From the IMG/VR virus record IMGVR_UViG_3300027842_000015, positions 2,099-66,098 of that record: a stretch of DNA of 64,000 nt; one strand, given 5' to 3'. Position numbers and translations under genes: made by a program. The notes beneath the pieces were generated by a model, which was given only the letters and a program-made list of their open reading frames with translations, searched no databases and was not told the origin of the DNA. Below are positions 38,590-47,814 of this stretch, one piece after another. This stretch comes from a virus. Lineage: Duplodnaviria > Caudoviricetes. How positions within the stretch are numbered: the first letter of the stretch is position 1; every line of letters begins with the position of its first letter.

Positions 38590-40290
38590 ACCAGTTTGAA
38601 TACTACCACCACCGGACAATCCAGCAGGATTTGGTGTCATAGCAACAGTATAGTTACCCGTTCCAGCAGTATTGGCAATACCTGCAATAGTCCAATAATT
38701 AATAACTGATGTACCGGATGCAGTTGTTCTGGCAATAACAGTATTGCCGTTTACTAAAAGTACAAGGTCTATAAAATTAGAACCTGTACTCCACGATATT
38801 TCAATCATTGCTGTAATAGTTACGTGACCAGTTATGGGGGTCCATGTACTTGTACTAGTGTTATAAGACCCTTCACTGTCAACGTTCGAAGTACCGAAAT
38901 TTATAGTATGAAAACCCGCTGCGCCATTAAGACTTTGCGTAGTAGATGGAATAGCAATAAATACTCCAGATGTGCTTGTTGGACCTGTGGCACCGGTAGG
39001 TCCTGTCGATCCTGTATTACCGGTAGCTCCTGTGTTAGTTGAAGAACCTGGAGACCCTGTTGGCCCTGTTACACCTGATTGCCCTGTACCGACACAAACG
39101 TATCCACCATTATTCCAAAACCCTCCAGTCGGTAGACCGGTTGGACCGGTGGGTAGAGTTTGCACTGCAAATGTTCCAGTAGGACCTGTAGGGGCCACAA
39201 TAAGGGATATATTCGTGTCGGTGCCATTTGCGCCTATAACAGGAGCGGAACCAGTTACACCGTTATTCAAAGTAATATAGTTCTGTGTGGAGAAACCTGT
39301 ATTCACCATCTGTACTATTTTGTTACCATTTGAATTTTGGTAATTCATAGTATTGTTTTGCAGATATAGAGAAGCCCCCTGCCCTGCGCCGGTTACCCCG
39401 GAAGTTATATAGAACGCTTCGTTATTATTACCGTCGTACCAGGATATATGGTGTAGTAAACCCAGCGAAATAGCACGGGAACGACCTAACGCTCCAGGGG
39501 TAAGAGCGTTCCCGAATATAATAATCCCTCGGTTCCAGGTGTTACCGTTTACACCTTGTCCTATTGTTATTGCTGTGTTGTTGGGGTTGGTATGAGCGCC
39601 ACCATAACTATCGTCGCCCGTATCGAACTGTATGCCTATTGATCCCGTAGTAGCAAAATCAGGTGTGCTTTCAAATGCTGCGCTACCGCTAGCACTTGGA
39701 GTTCCACTTACAGACGTTTTGTTTTTTACAACAAGCTCTACTCCATACCCATAGGCCCCTTTTTCATACTGGCATTCTATGTATGCCCCCCATCCAGAAC
39801 GTCCTATAGCGCTGTTAGCTATGGTATACCCAGCGATACCAGCAGCAGTGACAGATGGTGAAACACTATCTCCATCTTTAGCTTGTGAAAGCCCAGATAT
39901 TGCAATATCGCCTCTAGTAGCCATAGAGGTAAGGTTGCTGTCCCGTGGTATCCAGTTTGCTCCGTAGGAAGGTGAAACAATCCAGCCCCCTGTTGCTCCT
40001 ACACGGTTTGCGCTATAGTTATCAGCAGCACCGATAAATACTCGCTCTCCGATACGCCAAATTACTGGCGTGCCATTGTCAACATCGGCCCAAAAAACAG
40101 ACGAAGGATATGTAGGTTGCCCTGCGGAAGGGATACCAAGCTGCTGGGCAAGTGTGTTAGTTAAATAGTTTTGTGCGGCATCGAGTTGGTATATAAGGTC
40201 ATAACACTGTTGGACAGGTCCCCCCACAGAGTTACTTTCAACCGGGCTATAATATTGATCCAATCGACTTTTAGGGGGTAGTACGCTCAT
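38560..40290 (-). CDS. Tail fibre/spike-like protein with short collagen segment
   Basis: Gly/Asn/Thr-rich beta repeats, GPT run, C1q/TNF-like C-terminal domain. Confidence 0.65.
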   Translation of the reverse strand: MSVLPPKSRLDQYYSPVESNSVGGPVQQCYDLIYQLDAAQNYLTNTLAQQLGIPSAGQPTYPSSVFWADVDNGTPVIWRIGERVFIGAADNYSANRVGATGGWIVSPSYGANWIPRDSNLTSMATRGDIAISGLSQAKDGDSVSPSVTAAGIAGYTIANSAIGRSGWGAYIECQYEKGAYGYGVELVVKNKTSVSGTPSASGSAAFESTPDFATTGSIGIQFDTGDDSYGGAHTNPNNTAITIGQGVNGNTWNRGIIIFGNALTPGALGRSRAISLGLLHHISWYDGNNNEAFYITSGVTGAGQGASLYLQNNTMNYQNSNGNKIVQMVNTGFSTQNYITLNNGVTGSAPVIGANGTDTNISLIVAPTGPTGTFAVQTLPTGPTGLPTGGFWNNGGYVCVGTGQSGVTGPTGSPGSSTNTGATGNTGSTGPTGATGPTSTSGVFIAIPSTTQSLNGAAGFHTINFGTSNVDSEGSYNTSTSTWTPITGHVTITAMIEISWSTGSNFIDLVLLVNGNTVIARTTASGTSVINYWTIAGIANTAGTGNYTVAMTPNPAGLSGGGSIQTGSRFDGIRVS

Positions 40291-40293
40291 AAG

Positions 40294-40593
40294 CTACCCC
40301 TTGGCATCACTGCGCCGGAATTTCCCGCTGGCATCGTGAACCGGCTTACCTTTACGGTAACGATTTTCACTTTCAGGTCCTAGCAACGTAGCACGCCGCG
40401 GAAGTACACCCTCTTGTGGTTGCAAAGTTTCCTCGAAACCTTTGGCATCAGTCTTATAGTCGTCACCCTTGCTGCATTCACCAATAGCACGAATAGCAGT
40501 AGTGGCAATACGCTCAATCTTTGCCGCTATGGACTGGTTTAGACTGTTTCGCATCTTGACAACCCACCATTTACCGAGTAACTTGCTTAGCAA
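40294..40593 (-). CDS. Hypothetical protein
   Basis: C-terminal HDASGKF; start uncertain (40554 possible). Confidence 0.45.
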   Translation of the reverse strand: MLSKLLGKWWVVKMRNSLNQSIAAKIERIATTAIRAIGECSKGDDYKTDAKGFEETLQPQEGVLPRRATLLGPESENRYRKGKPVHDASGKFRRSDAKG

Positions 40594-40606
40594 GTTACTC
40601 GGGCAG

Positions 40607-40810
40607 TCACCGACGTTGAAGAAATTTCTTGCACCAATCTTCTGGATGAATAGGGTCTTTCACGATTTCACAGTGCCACCCACCACCGGTTTCATAATGT
40701 TTACATTCTGAACAATGGTGGGGTCCTTTAGCCGGATGTTCATATCCGACTTCCTCGTGAGAATATTTCTCCCTACATACGCTACACTTGCAGCCAGGAG
40801 AATGCTTCAT
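40607..40810 (-). CDS. HiPIP-like small Cys-rich protein
   Basis: Y..P....HCSECKHY......CEIVKDPIHPEDWCKKF. Confidence 0.6.
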   Translation of the reverse strand: MKHSPGCKCSVCREKYSHEEVGYEHPAKGPHHCSECKHYETGGGWHCEIVKDPIHPEDWCKKFLQRR

Positions 40811-40812
40811 AA

Positions 40813-41127
40813 TTACTGTCTCGGCATGACGGTCTTAAGAGACTTGTCCTTGCCAGGGTGCTTTTTGCTCCCCTTGGCGTACTCCTGAGGCGAACCTGGA
40901 GCAGCATCCATTTTGCGGAATTTACTATCACCTCCATGAGGGTTATCCGCCGAAAATGGGTCAGGCTCTTTCATGAACTCACGCCGACGCCCTAGTACCT
41001 CGCCACCCTTGGCATAGCAAGTCTCTTCGACCGCGCCACCCTTGGCGTACTTTTTGCCAGGGTTCTGGTGTTTCGCCATTAGACCTTCAAAGAGGGCCTT
41101 GTCTTGTGCTGCATCATCGTGTGCCAT
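40813..41127 (-). CDS. Small basic protein with repeated YAKGG motif
   Basis: YAKGGAV, YAKGGEV, YAKGS. Confidence 0.65.
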   Translation of the reverse strand: MAHDDAAQDKALFEGLMAKHQNPGKKYAKGGAVEETCYAKGGEVLGRRREFMKEPDPFSADNPHGGDSKFRKMDAAPGSPQEYAKGSKKHPGKDKSLKTVMPRQ

Positions 41128-41131
41128 GATA

Positions 41132-41518
41132 TTAACCTTTCTTGGCGTAGTTGCGTGGACCTTGTTTTCGACCATCTGGCGGCGGCGGGTAAGAAGACGA
41201 AGTGCCTGTGGTAGGGATGCTACCTATTTCACCGCCCATATTATAACCTTGTCCATGGCTATCTTCGTTTTCACTTGTTTTAATTGGGGGTTTTGGCGGT
41301 GGTTTAGGTGGAGGCGGTCCTTGTCTAGTCTTCCCTAGTTCTTGCAAGGCTGCATCCATATCGCTAAAATCTGGTTTTACCGTGCCACCTTTGGCAAATT
41401 TCTTACCTTTATCCGCGTTAACAAAGTCCTGCCCTACCGACTTCGGGATACCCAAAGTCGAGTGGCCATGAGCGGCGGCCTCCATGGCTCGGTGCTGTGG
41501 TCCACTTACGCTAGGCAT
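41132..41518 (-). CDS. Small phage protein (MPSxS...MxAAAH type) with FAKGG motif
   Basis: MPSVSGPQHRAMEAAAH...GIPKSVGQDFVNAD; FAKGGTV, YNMGGEI. Confidence 0.65.
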   Translation of the reverse strand: MPSVSGPQHRAMEAAAHGHSTLGIPKSVGQDFVNADKGKKFAKGGTVKPDFSDMDAALQELGKTRQGPPPPKPPPKPPIKTSENEDSHGQGYNMGGEIGSIPTTGTSSSYPPPPDGRKQGPRNYAKKG

Positions 41519-41520
41519 TT

Positions 41521-44500
41521 TTACCGTCCCGGTAACGGTTTGCCAGGATGCAACCGTTGCCATTCTTGAGTTAACGCAAGCCGTGATTTACCACGAACAG
41601 GTGAATTTCCCATTGCATACTTAAAAAATTGACTATCGCTCATTTGCCCCACAAGTTCTCTTTGAACTGTGGGATCGAGCCGGCTGAATTGATAAGTATC
41701 TAAGCTTCCACGTGTTTCACGGGCAATCGTCACTGGATTAACGCCGGCTTTTATAAGTCGCTGCTGGGCATTTTTCTCTGTTTCAGTATCACCTTGCTTC
41801 CTTGCAGTGGTTAAGTCTGCAAGGGCGCTGCGGCGTTCTTGGTCACGCGCACGGTTCTCATATGGCTTTTCGCCAGCCCCAGGACCCTGATAATAGAGAT
41901 GGGAAATGCGGTTCTGTAGCGCATCCTTGGACACATACCCAGGAGCAGGTCCAAACCCCGAGGCAGCAAGAACCTTGTCCCTAGCGCCTCCACCGGTCTG
42001 TTGAGCCCGTTCCATACTAGACATAGAAATTGGGTTAAATGCATCGCCTAACACACGCCCAGCCAATTGCCCCCATTGCTTAAACCAATTCGCTTGAGGG
42101 TCATAAAGCTGGTATCCGAAGAAGTCTCTGTTGTTATAGGCTTCAACCACTGGCTCAAATACCATCTTGTTCCACAACATTTGGCCTAGGCCACCTGCAA
42201 CTGACCCCCGTTCTTGCATATGTGCCAGGGCTTGAATTGGCTCTCTGGTATAGAACATAGTTGAAAGACGGCGTGGTGATCCATCAGGGTTTTGACCGCC
42301 AGCCCGAGGGAACACATAATCCATAGGGGTTGTAGGTAATTGCCCGCTAAGGGCATAAGACATTATACCTGCCATACCCATAGTGATCGCGGCGTAAGAT
42401 GAAACGTATGCAGCCTTACTTGAAGCATCAGCGACCACACGCCCTGCCATATTCCGTGGGCCGACATATGGCGCTGCCGCGCCTCGTACAGCGCTAATAC
42501 CTGCTCCACCAAACTCTCTCGCAAAACCAAGGTTCCACCCTAAAGATAGAAAACTACCAATACTGGCATCTTTGGCGTAGCGGTTCCAGAAAAGACCACC
42601 ATAGAACATTTCACCATATCGGTTATCCACCTGTTTGGCGATAGTACGGAGAGCTAGTCTACGCATATCTGGATCATTAATTGCTTCTGGGTGTGCTTGC
42701 ATATATGCAGCAGCACTACGGTAGTATGAAGCCATCTTCAGATTAGGTATCCAATCGGAAAAGATTGGCCCCATAGCCTTTTCTACAGCAACACGGCCAG
42801 CCGCGGGTATCCATTTTGTCCAATCATTTTCGTTCCACGCCTTAGCAAAATCTCGTTGGGCACTAATCACCTCTTCATGAGACATAGTACCTTTGAAGCC
42901 GCCTTCATCGGCCCATCGTGTAGTTTCTTCCTGCCACGGAGTTTTGGCTTCCCATGGAGTATTAAGTGCTTCTCTGACTTGTTTGCCTATGAATTCGGGG
43001 TGGAACGTACCACCGACTTTACCGAAAGCAAATAGAGGATCACCAATATTTTTGCCCATTTCTCTTAGGCCACCAGCAAATCCACCTTCAGTCCATCCAC
43101 GTGCAAAGTTATCTGCTTGTAGCACACCAGCCGCGATGTGAAGCGGATGGAATGCGCTCAAAGACATTTTGATTGGGGTCCAGATATTTTTGAGGTTCAT
43201 CCACCCACGGAAGATAGAACCCACTGCCCTTTCATCAGCCCAAAGCCCCTTAGCGTCTACACCGTTTTTCCATAACGCTTGCACATCGGGAGCAAGGGTC
43301 CAGTTCTCTCTATTCGGTGCACCAATTTGTTGCCACGTACCAGTAACATTTGGAGATTTATCCCCAATAGGATAGGCCAGTCCCATAGAATTCAATTCAT
43401 GCAGAAGTTGCATTTTTAATTGCATATCCGCACTAGCCATAAGGCGACGAGTTACTACTTCTGCCGGGTTTGTAAATTTGAGTTTATACCCAGCAGTAAG
43501 GGCGTCATTAATAGTTTGAAAATCACGCTGTTTCTGGAACCACGTTGGTCCGTATCTTTTGAACATATTCTCTTTATAGGCGTTGTAGTCTGCTTCATTC
43601 TCAAAAATATGAGACATGTAATTCTCTACATATTCAGCTTGAGAACCCCATATCTGTTCGGAATTATATGCGTTATCAAGCATACCCTTAAACCGGGATG
43701 CCACTGCATCTTTCCATGGAGCATCTTGTGGTTTACCCTGTTCGTATCGGGTCATGAAGCTTATTTGATCATATGGTGACATATTGTTAAATGCATACCA
43801 CTCACCATCAAGGGCATCACGGAATTGCTCGTTTAGACGTGCATTTTGTACTTGTCGTTTTGCAAAAAAAGGTTCAGCATATTGAGCACGTTGGGAGAAC
43901 ATCTCTGGCATGATGTTTCGCACAACCCAATCGTTGATCGGCTTAGCTCTTGCCAAGAGAGCACCTTTGATCTTCTCATAATCAAGCGAAGCTTTTTCGT
44001 CATTGAAAAAATTCTTGATCATTTCTGGTGTAGCGATTTTAGCCGGATCGGCATTCTTAAGTGTCTCACGACCAAATCGTTGCCATGCAGCTTTATATGC
44101 TTTATCGGCTGCCTCTTGTTCCCATACGTTATGATATCCAACTTCGTCATGTGCATTGGCTGCGTTTTTAGTTGGCGCAGCAGAGGTTTCACTGTCAGGA
44201 GGTTTTACCGTGGCGGTATTTTCATCCAGCCAATGTTCGTGATCCAGGTCTTTCATGTTATCGGCTAGACGCGCATGTTCGTCCAGCCGATCAACCATTT
44301 CGTCTTCAACAGTATTAGCCACCCCACCACGAGATGCTGTTTCATTTTCACCAGCAGTAATTGCCTCTTCACCTATACGCTGGTTGAGATTTTGATTTTC
44401 GTTCGCACCACGAAGTTCCGCGCCTTTAGCTCCCAGGCGAGCATCTGTTTCCATACTCATGAACTCAGAAATCATTTTCGGTGTAATATGTTTGGCATTA

Positions 44501-47500
44501 ACAAATCTTTGCGCCGTGCGCAACCATTCTTGTGCGGCGGTTCGTTTAACGGGAAGGGGTGAAAGTGGGTCTTTACCAAGATTTTCTTGCTTGGCGAATT
44601 CCAGCGCATCAGATAGACGGCGCTTGAACAAATCTTGGTCTACCTGGGTAGTCGGGACTTTGTTACTAGTTGGTTTGAATTTATCAAACGCCGCTTGTGC
44701 AGCCTGAGCAGCGAATTGCTTCTGTCGTGCAACTTTAGTGCTTTCAGCAGCAACGGTCACTTCGCCTAGATTAGCCTGCTGTTGCAGGCTTTCACGTCTA
44801 GTTTGTGCGGCACCTTCCTCCGGATTTTCCTTCTTTTCTATTTTATCCATTATGCGAGTTACACGTTTCATCTCTTCTGGGGATACCGCACCATGTTCCT
44901 CAATCTTGGCACTCAAATCTTGAAGGATTTTACGTGCCTGCGGTTCAATAGCAGGGTTCTTCTCCACTGCATCGGCAACATCGCCAAGATCGCGTGCGCG
45001 CAACTTTGCCGCGGTATCAGCGACTGCACCTTCCACGATCCCCGTTTCAGGGTGGGTAGGGATTTCGGTACCAATGGGTTGCTTTGTTACCGTCCCGGTA
45101 GTTTCTGGTTTAGAACCAAATCCCCGCTCATATGCGGCCACCATATCCGGATTGGTGAATTGGCGATATTCTCTACCTGCTTCTTTATCAGCAACACCTA
45201 CCTGATAAGCAGCTTGGGTATCCCTGTTAGTTTCCGGAAAACTTCGCACATTTTCAGGGGTAGGTGGAACCCCATTAAGTTCTTCTTCAGTAGGCTCACC
45301 ACCACGACGGGCCTCAAGTTCCGGCAATGGTTTCCTTGTTGCACCCGCAGATGAGAAATTAATACGTTCACCTCCTGGCTCTGGCGGTGGAACAGTTTCT
45401 CCATTATCGTTAGCTGCTTCCCCTTCAAACGGAACGCGCATACTCTTCTGCATGCGCTTATCAGCAGCCTTTAATCCACGTGGAGGTGTATTCCGCCCAG
45501 GACCGTTATCCTGCACAGGCTTTTCTTGCGCCCTAAGACGTAACGCTTCATCAGCAGTAATATTACGTCCTGCTGATGTTCCGAAGCCACCTTTATCAGT
45601 TGGATTGATATTTCCCTTATAAAGAACTTTTTCACCAGTTAAGGCTTGCTGTAACTCTTGACTTATGTTTCCAGTAGTCGGGTCCAGGGTTTCCGCAGTT
45701 GGATGGTCACCCGCTCCACTCGACGTAGGATGCACGTTGCTATCGGTCGTGGTGCGGTAGTCGCGCTCACTCCCTGCCGGATAGCTTTGCGGGTTACCGA
45801 TATTCGTGTCTTTACGCGGAGGCGCCATCTCATGAGAAGTGCTAAGCGTTGACATAGGGTCATACCCAGCATGTCCAGGAGTAGCAGCGCTCTTATCCGC
45901 CGTAATACCTTCATCAGTCTTCGTGGGAATATCATTTTCGGCACTGGGGGCAGTATTATCTGGTGGCCGAGTTCCAGGGCGTGTGACTTCCCAGTCTTCC
46001 CTAGGCATCTCATAGATTGGTCGAATATTTTCCTGAGGCGTTCCAGGACGTGGTGCAGCAGCTTGTGCGACCACTTGATCAGTTCCGCCAGGAGTTGCTT
46101 CACCTTCTGGCGACACAGTGTAATCTGGTGGGGCTGGGAGAGCCTTCATAGGCTCACCACCTTTTGCCATGTCCGGGCGGCCAGCCCGAATACCTACTTT
46201 CGCAGCAAGACGCGAGCCCAGTTGTCCCAGTGGTTCACCCACACGGTTGAGACTTGGGAAGGCTGCACCTGCTGCCGCAGCCATAGCGATATCGGCTGGA
46301 TCGAGTTCACCAGTATGAAGGTACTCGCTACCTGCTTCGATAGCCGCTTGACCGCCAGCCATGGCAGCACGCTGAACACCAGTAATCGCGGCACCGCCTG
46401 GGCTCATACCCACAAGGCTACCAGCGATATCCGCCGCAGTGGCGAGGTTAGGATGTTCAGCTTGGAACGCCGCAGCTTGTTCAGGATCAGGGGTGATCCC
46501 GAGTTTATCCATGAACCAGTCTTGGATTTTACGTAGACTTACGTTGGATGCGATGCCACCTACGGCTGCACCTGCAAGAGTACCAATAGGACCACCAACC
46601 ATAGTACCAAGTTCAGCACCGCCAATCATACCTGGAATAGACCCTAACCCTGGCAACACTGCTTGTGCGCCTCGTTTTAGGGCTTCGCCGGCTACGCTAT
46701 ATTCAGGACGTTGAACTTCTTGATTTACCGGTGTAAATCCTTGCGCAATAGCATCTTCTTGAGAAACTTCTTGGTTTACAGGTGTAAACCCTTGCGCAAT
46801 AGCATCATCTTCGGAAATACCTTCATCATCCCCCTCAATCTCACCGCCTTCAGCGTATTTCTTTATATCAGGAGCAGTGTCACCTTCGCGAGTGAGTTTA
46901 TTTTGTTCCTTAGTAGGGAACGGACCTTTATAAAGATTACGAGGTGGGTGCGGATTTTTCTCTTTTTGAGTGATAGATGCCAGTTTATGCATCTGTTCTT
47001 GATATCCGTTCCAATCAATCCCATCAGCTTCAACCGCAGCACGTTCAGCCTTAAGAGCAAGTCGATGCGCGGGTTCGTATTTCATACCCGCATCCATATG
47101 CTTGCGTTCTTCGCTCTCGTGAACCGCAAGATATTTAGCTGGGTCAAAGGATTTACCTTTGACTATCATCTGCTTGGGAACGCGCTTATCTATATAGAGG
47201 CACTTGTGATTTTCGCTTTCTCCTGCAAGGTAAGGATCATCGTTGGTTCGGTTGACACGCAAGGTACCCAAAGGCCGGGTGCGCCGACCTTTCTCCACCC
47301 ACGACCGAAACTTGTGTGCAGGCATGGTAGTAACCGCCCCCACGCGGTCCTTTCCACGGCCATCGCTAAATCCTCTGTGGTAATGGTCAAGGGCGTGTTG
47401 ACGGGACTGGAACCCGATAAGTGCTTTGTGCTCGTCGAATTTTCCAGTATCTGCGTCCACTTGGTCAACCACGTGAACGTTTGGGTTTCCTGGGTGTGGT

Positions 47501-47814
47501 CCAAGGTACGTATCAACATGATCTCCATCTGCGCCTTTGGTACCACGGATATAACCATAGTGCGCGGGCATTGTCACGCTCCATGGCTTACCGTCTTTAC
47601 CCTTGCCTGAACGCTTCGCCCCCTTCGGTGTCTCAATAGAAAGGTCCATCCCGTGCACTCGCACGTGACCCTTACGGTAATTCCCTGCTTCTTTTTGGGC
47701 TTCTGTAGGTGCAACCGCTCCACCGGTTGCGAACGATCTCACTGCACCGGCAGAATTAAGCAGTGCCGACGTGGGACCATCACTCAGGGCGGCTAATCTT
47801 GTTTGATCGCTCAT
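41521..47814 (-). CDS. Large polyvalent internal virion/ejection protein with N-terminal InPase-like domain
   Basis: 2097 aa; GNYRKGH...IETPKG...YGYIRGT.GADGDHVD...FDEHK; HESEE...H segment; Gly/Ala hydrophobic stretch. Confidence 0.75.
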   Translation of the reverse strand: MSDQTRLAALSDGPTSALLNSAGAVRSFATGGAVAPTEAQKEAGNYRKGHVRVHGMDLSIETPKGAKRSGKGKDGKPWSVTMPAHYGYIRGTKGADGDHVDTYLGPHPGNPNVHVVDQVDADTGKFDEHKALIGFQSRQHALDHYHRGFSDGRGKDRVGAVTTMPAHKFRSWVEKGRRTRPLGTLRVNRTNDDPYLAGESENHKCLYIDKRVPKQMIVKGKSFDPAKYLAVHESEERKHMDAGMKYEPAHRLALKAERAAVEADGIDWNGYQEQMHKLASITQKEKNPHPPRNLYKGPFPTKEQNKLTREGDTAPDIKKYAEGGEIEGDDEGISEDDAIAQGFTPVNQEVSQEDAIAQGFTPVNQEVQRPEYSVAGEALKRGAQAVLPGLGSIPGMIGGAELGTMVGGPIGTLAGAAVGGIASNVSLRKIQDWFMDKLGITPDPEQAAAFQAEHPNLATAADIAGSLVGMSPGGAAITGVQRAAMAGGQAAIEAGSEYLHTGELDPADIAMAAAAGAAFPSLNRVGEPLGQLGSRLAAKVGIRAGRPDMAKGGEPMKALPAPPDYTVSPEGEATPGGTDQVVAQAAAPRPGTPQENIRPIYEMPREDWEVTRPGTRPPDNTAPSAENDIPTKTDEGITADKSAATPGHAGYDPMSTLSTSHEMAPPRKDTNIGNPQSYPAGSERDYRTTTDSNVHPTSSGAGDHPTAETLDPTTGNISQELQQALTGEKVLYKGNINPTDKGGFGTSAGRNITADEALRLRAQEKPVQDNGPGRNTPPRGLKAADKRMQKSMRVPFEGEAANDNGETVPPPEPGGERINFSSAGATRKPLPELEARRGGEPTEEELNGVPPTPENVRSFPETNRDTQAAYQVGVADKEAGREYRQFTNPDMVAAYERGFGSKPETTGTVTKQPIGTEIPTHPETGIVEGAVADTAAKLRARDLGDVADAVEKNPAIEPQARKILQDLSAKIEEHGAVSPEEMKRVTRIMDKIEKKENPEEGAAQTRRESLQQQANLGEVTVAAESTKVARQKQFAAQAAQAAFDKFKPTSNKVPTTQVDQDLFKRRLSDALEFAKQENLGKDPLSPLPVKRTAAQEWLRTAQRFVNAKHITPKMISEFMSMETDARLGAKGAELRGANENQNLNQRIGEEAITAGENETASRGGVANTVEDEMVDRLDEHARLADNMKDLDHEHWLDENTATVKPPDSETSAAPTKNAANAHDEVGYHNVWEQEAADKAYKAAWQRFGRETLKNADPAKIATPEMIKNFFNDEKASLDYEKIKGALLARAKPINDWVVRNIMPEMFSQRAQYAEPFFAKRQVQNARLNEQFRDALDGEWYAFNNMSPYDQISFMTRYEQGKPQDAPWKDAVASRFKGMLDNAYNSEQIWGSQAEYVENYMSHIFENEADYNAYKENMFKRYGPTWFQKQRDFQTINDALTAGYKLKFTNPAEVVTRRLMASADMQLKMQLLHELNSMGLAYPIGDKSPNVTGTWQQIGAPNRENWTLAPDVQALWKNGVDAKGLWADERAVGSIFRGWMNLKNIWTPIKMSLSAFHPLHIAAGVLQADNFARGWTEGGFAGGLREMGKNIGDPLFAFGKVGGTFHPEFIGKQVREALNTPWEAKTPWQEETTRWADEGGFKGTMSHEEVISAQRDFAKAWNENDWTKWIPAAGRVAVEKAMGPIFSDWIPNLKMASYYRSAAAYMQAHPEAINDPDMRRLALRTIAKQVDNRYGEMFYGGLFWNRYAKDASIGSFLSLGWNLGFAREFGGAGISAVRGAAAPYVGPRNMAGRVVADASSKAAYVSSYAAITMGMAGIMSYALSGQLPTTPMDYVFPRAGGQNPDGSPRRLSTMFYTREPIQALAHMQERGSVAGGLGQMLWNKMVFEPVVEAYNNRDFFGYQLYDPQANWFKQWGQLAGRVLGDAFNPISMSSMERAQQTGGGARDKVLAASGFGPAPGYVSKDALQNRISHLYYQGPGAGEKPYENRARDQERRSALADLTTARKQGDTETEKNAQQRLIKAGVNPVTIARETRGSLDTYQFSRLDPTVQRELVGQMSDSQFFKYAMGNSPVRGKSRLALTQEWQRLHPGKPLPGR

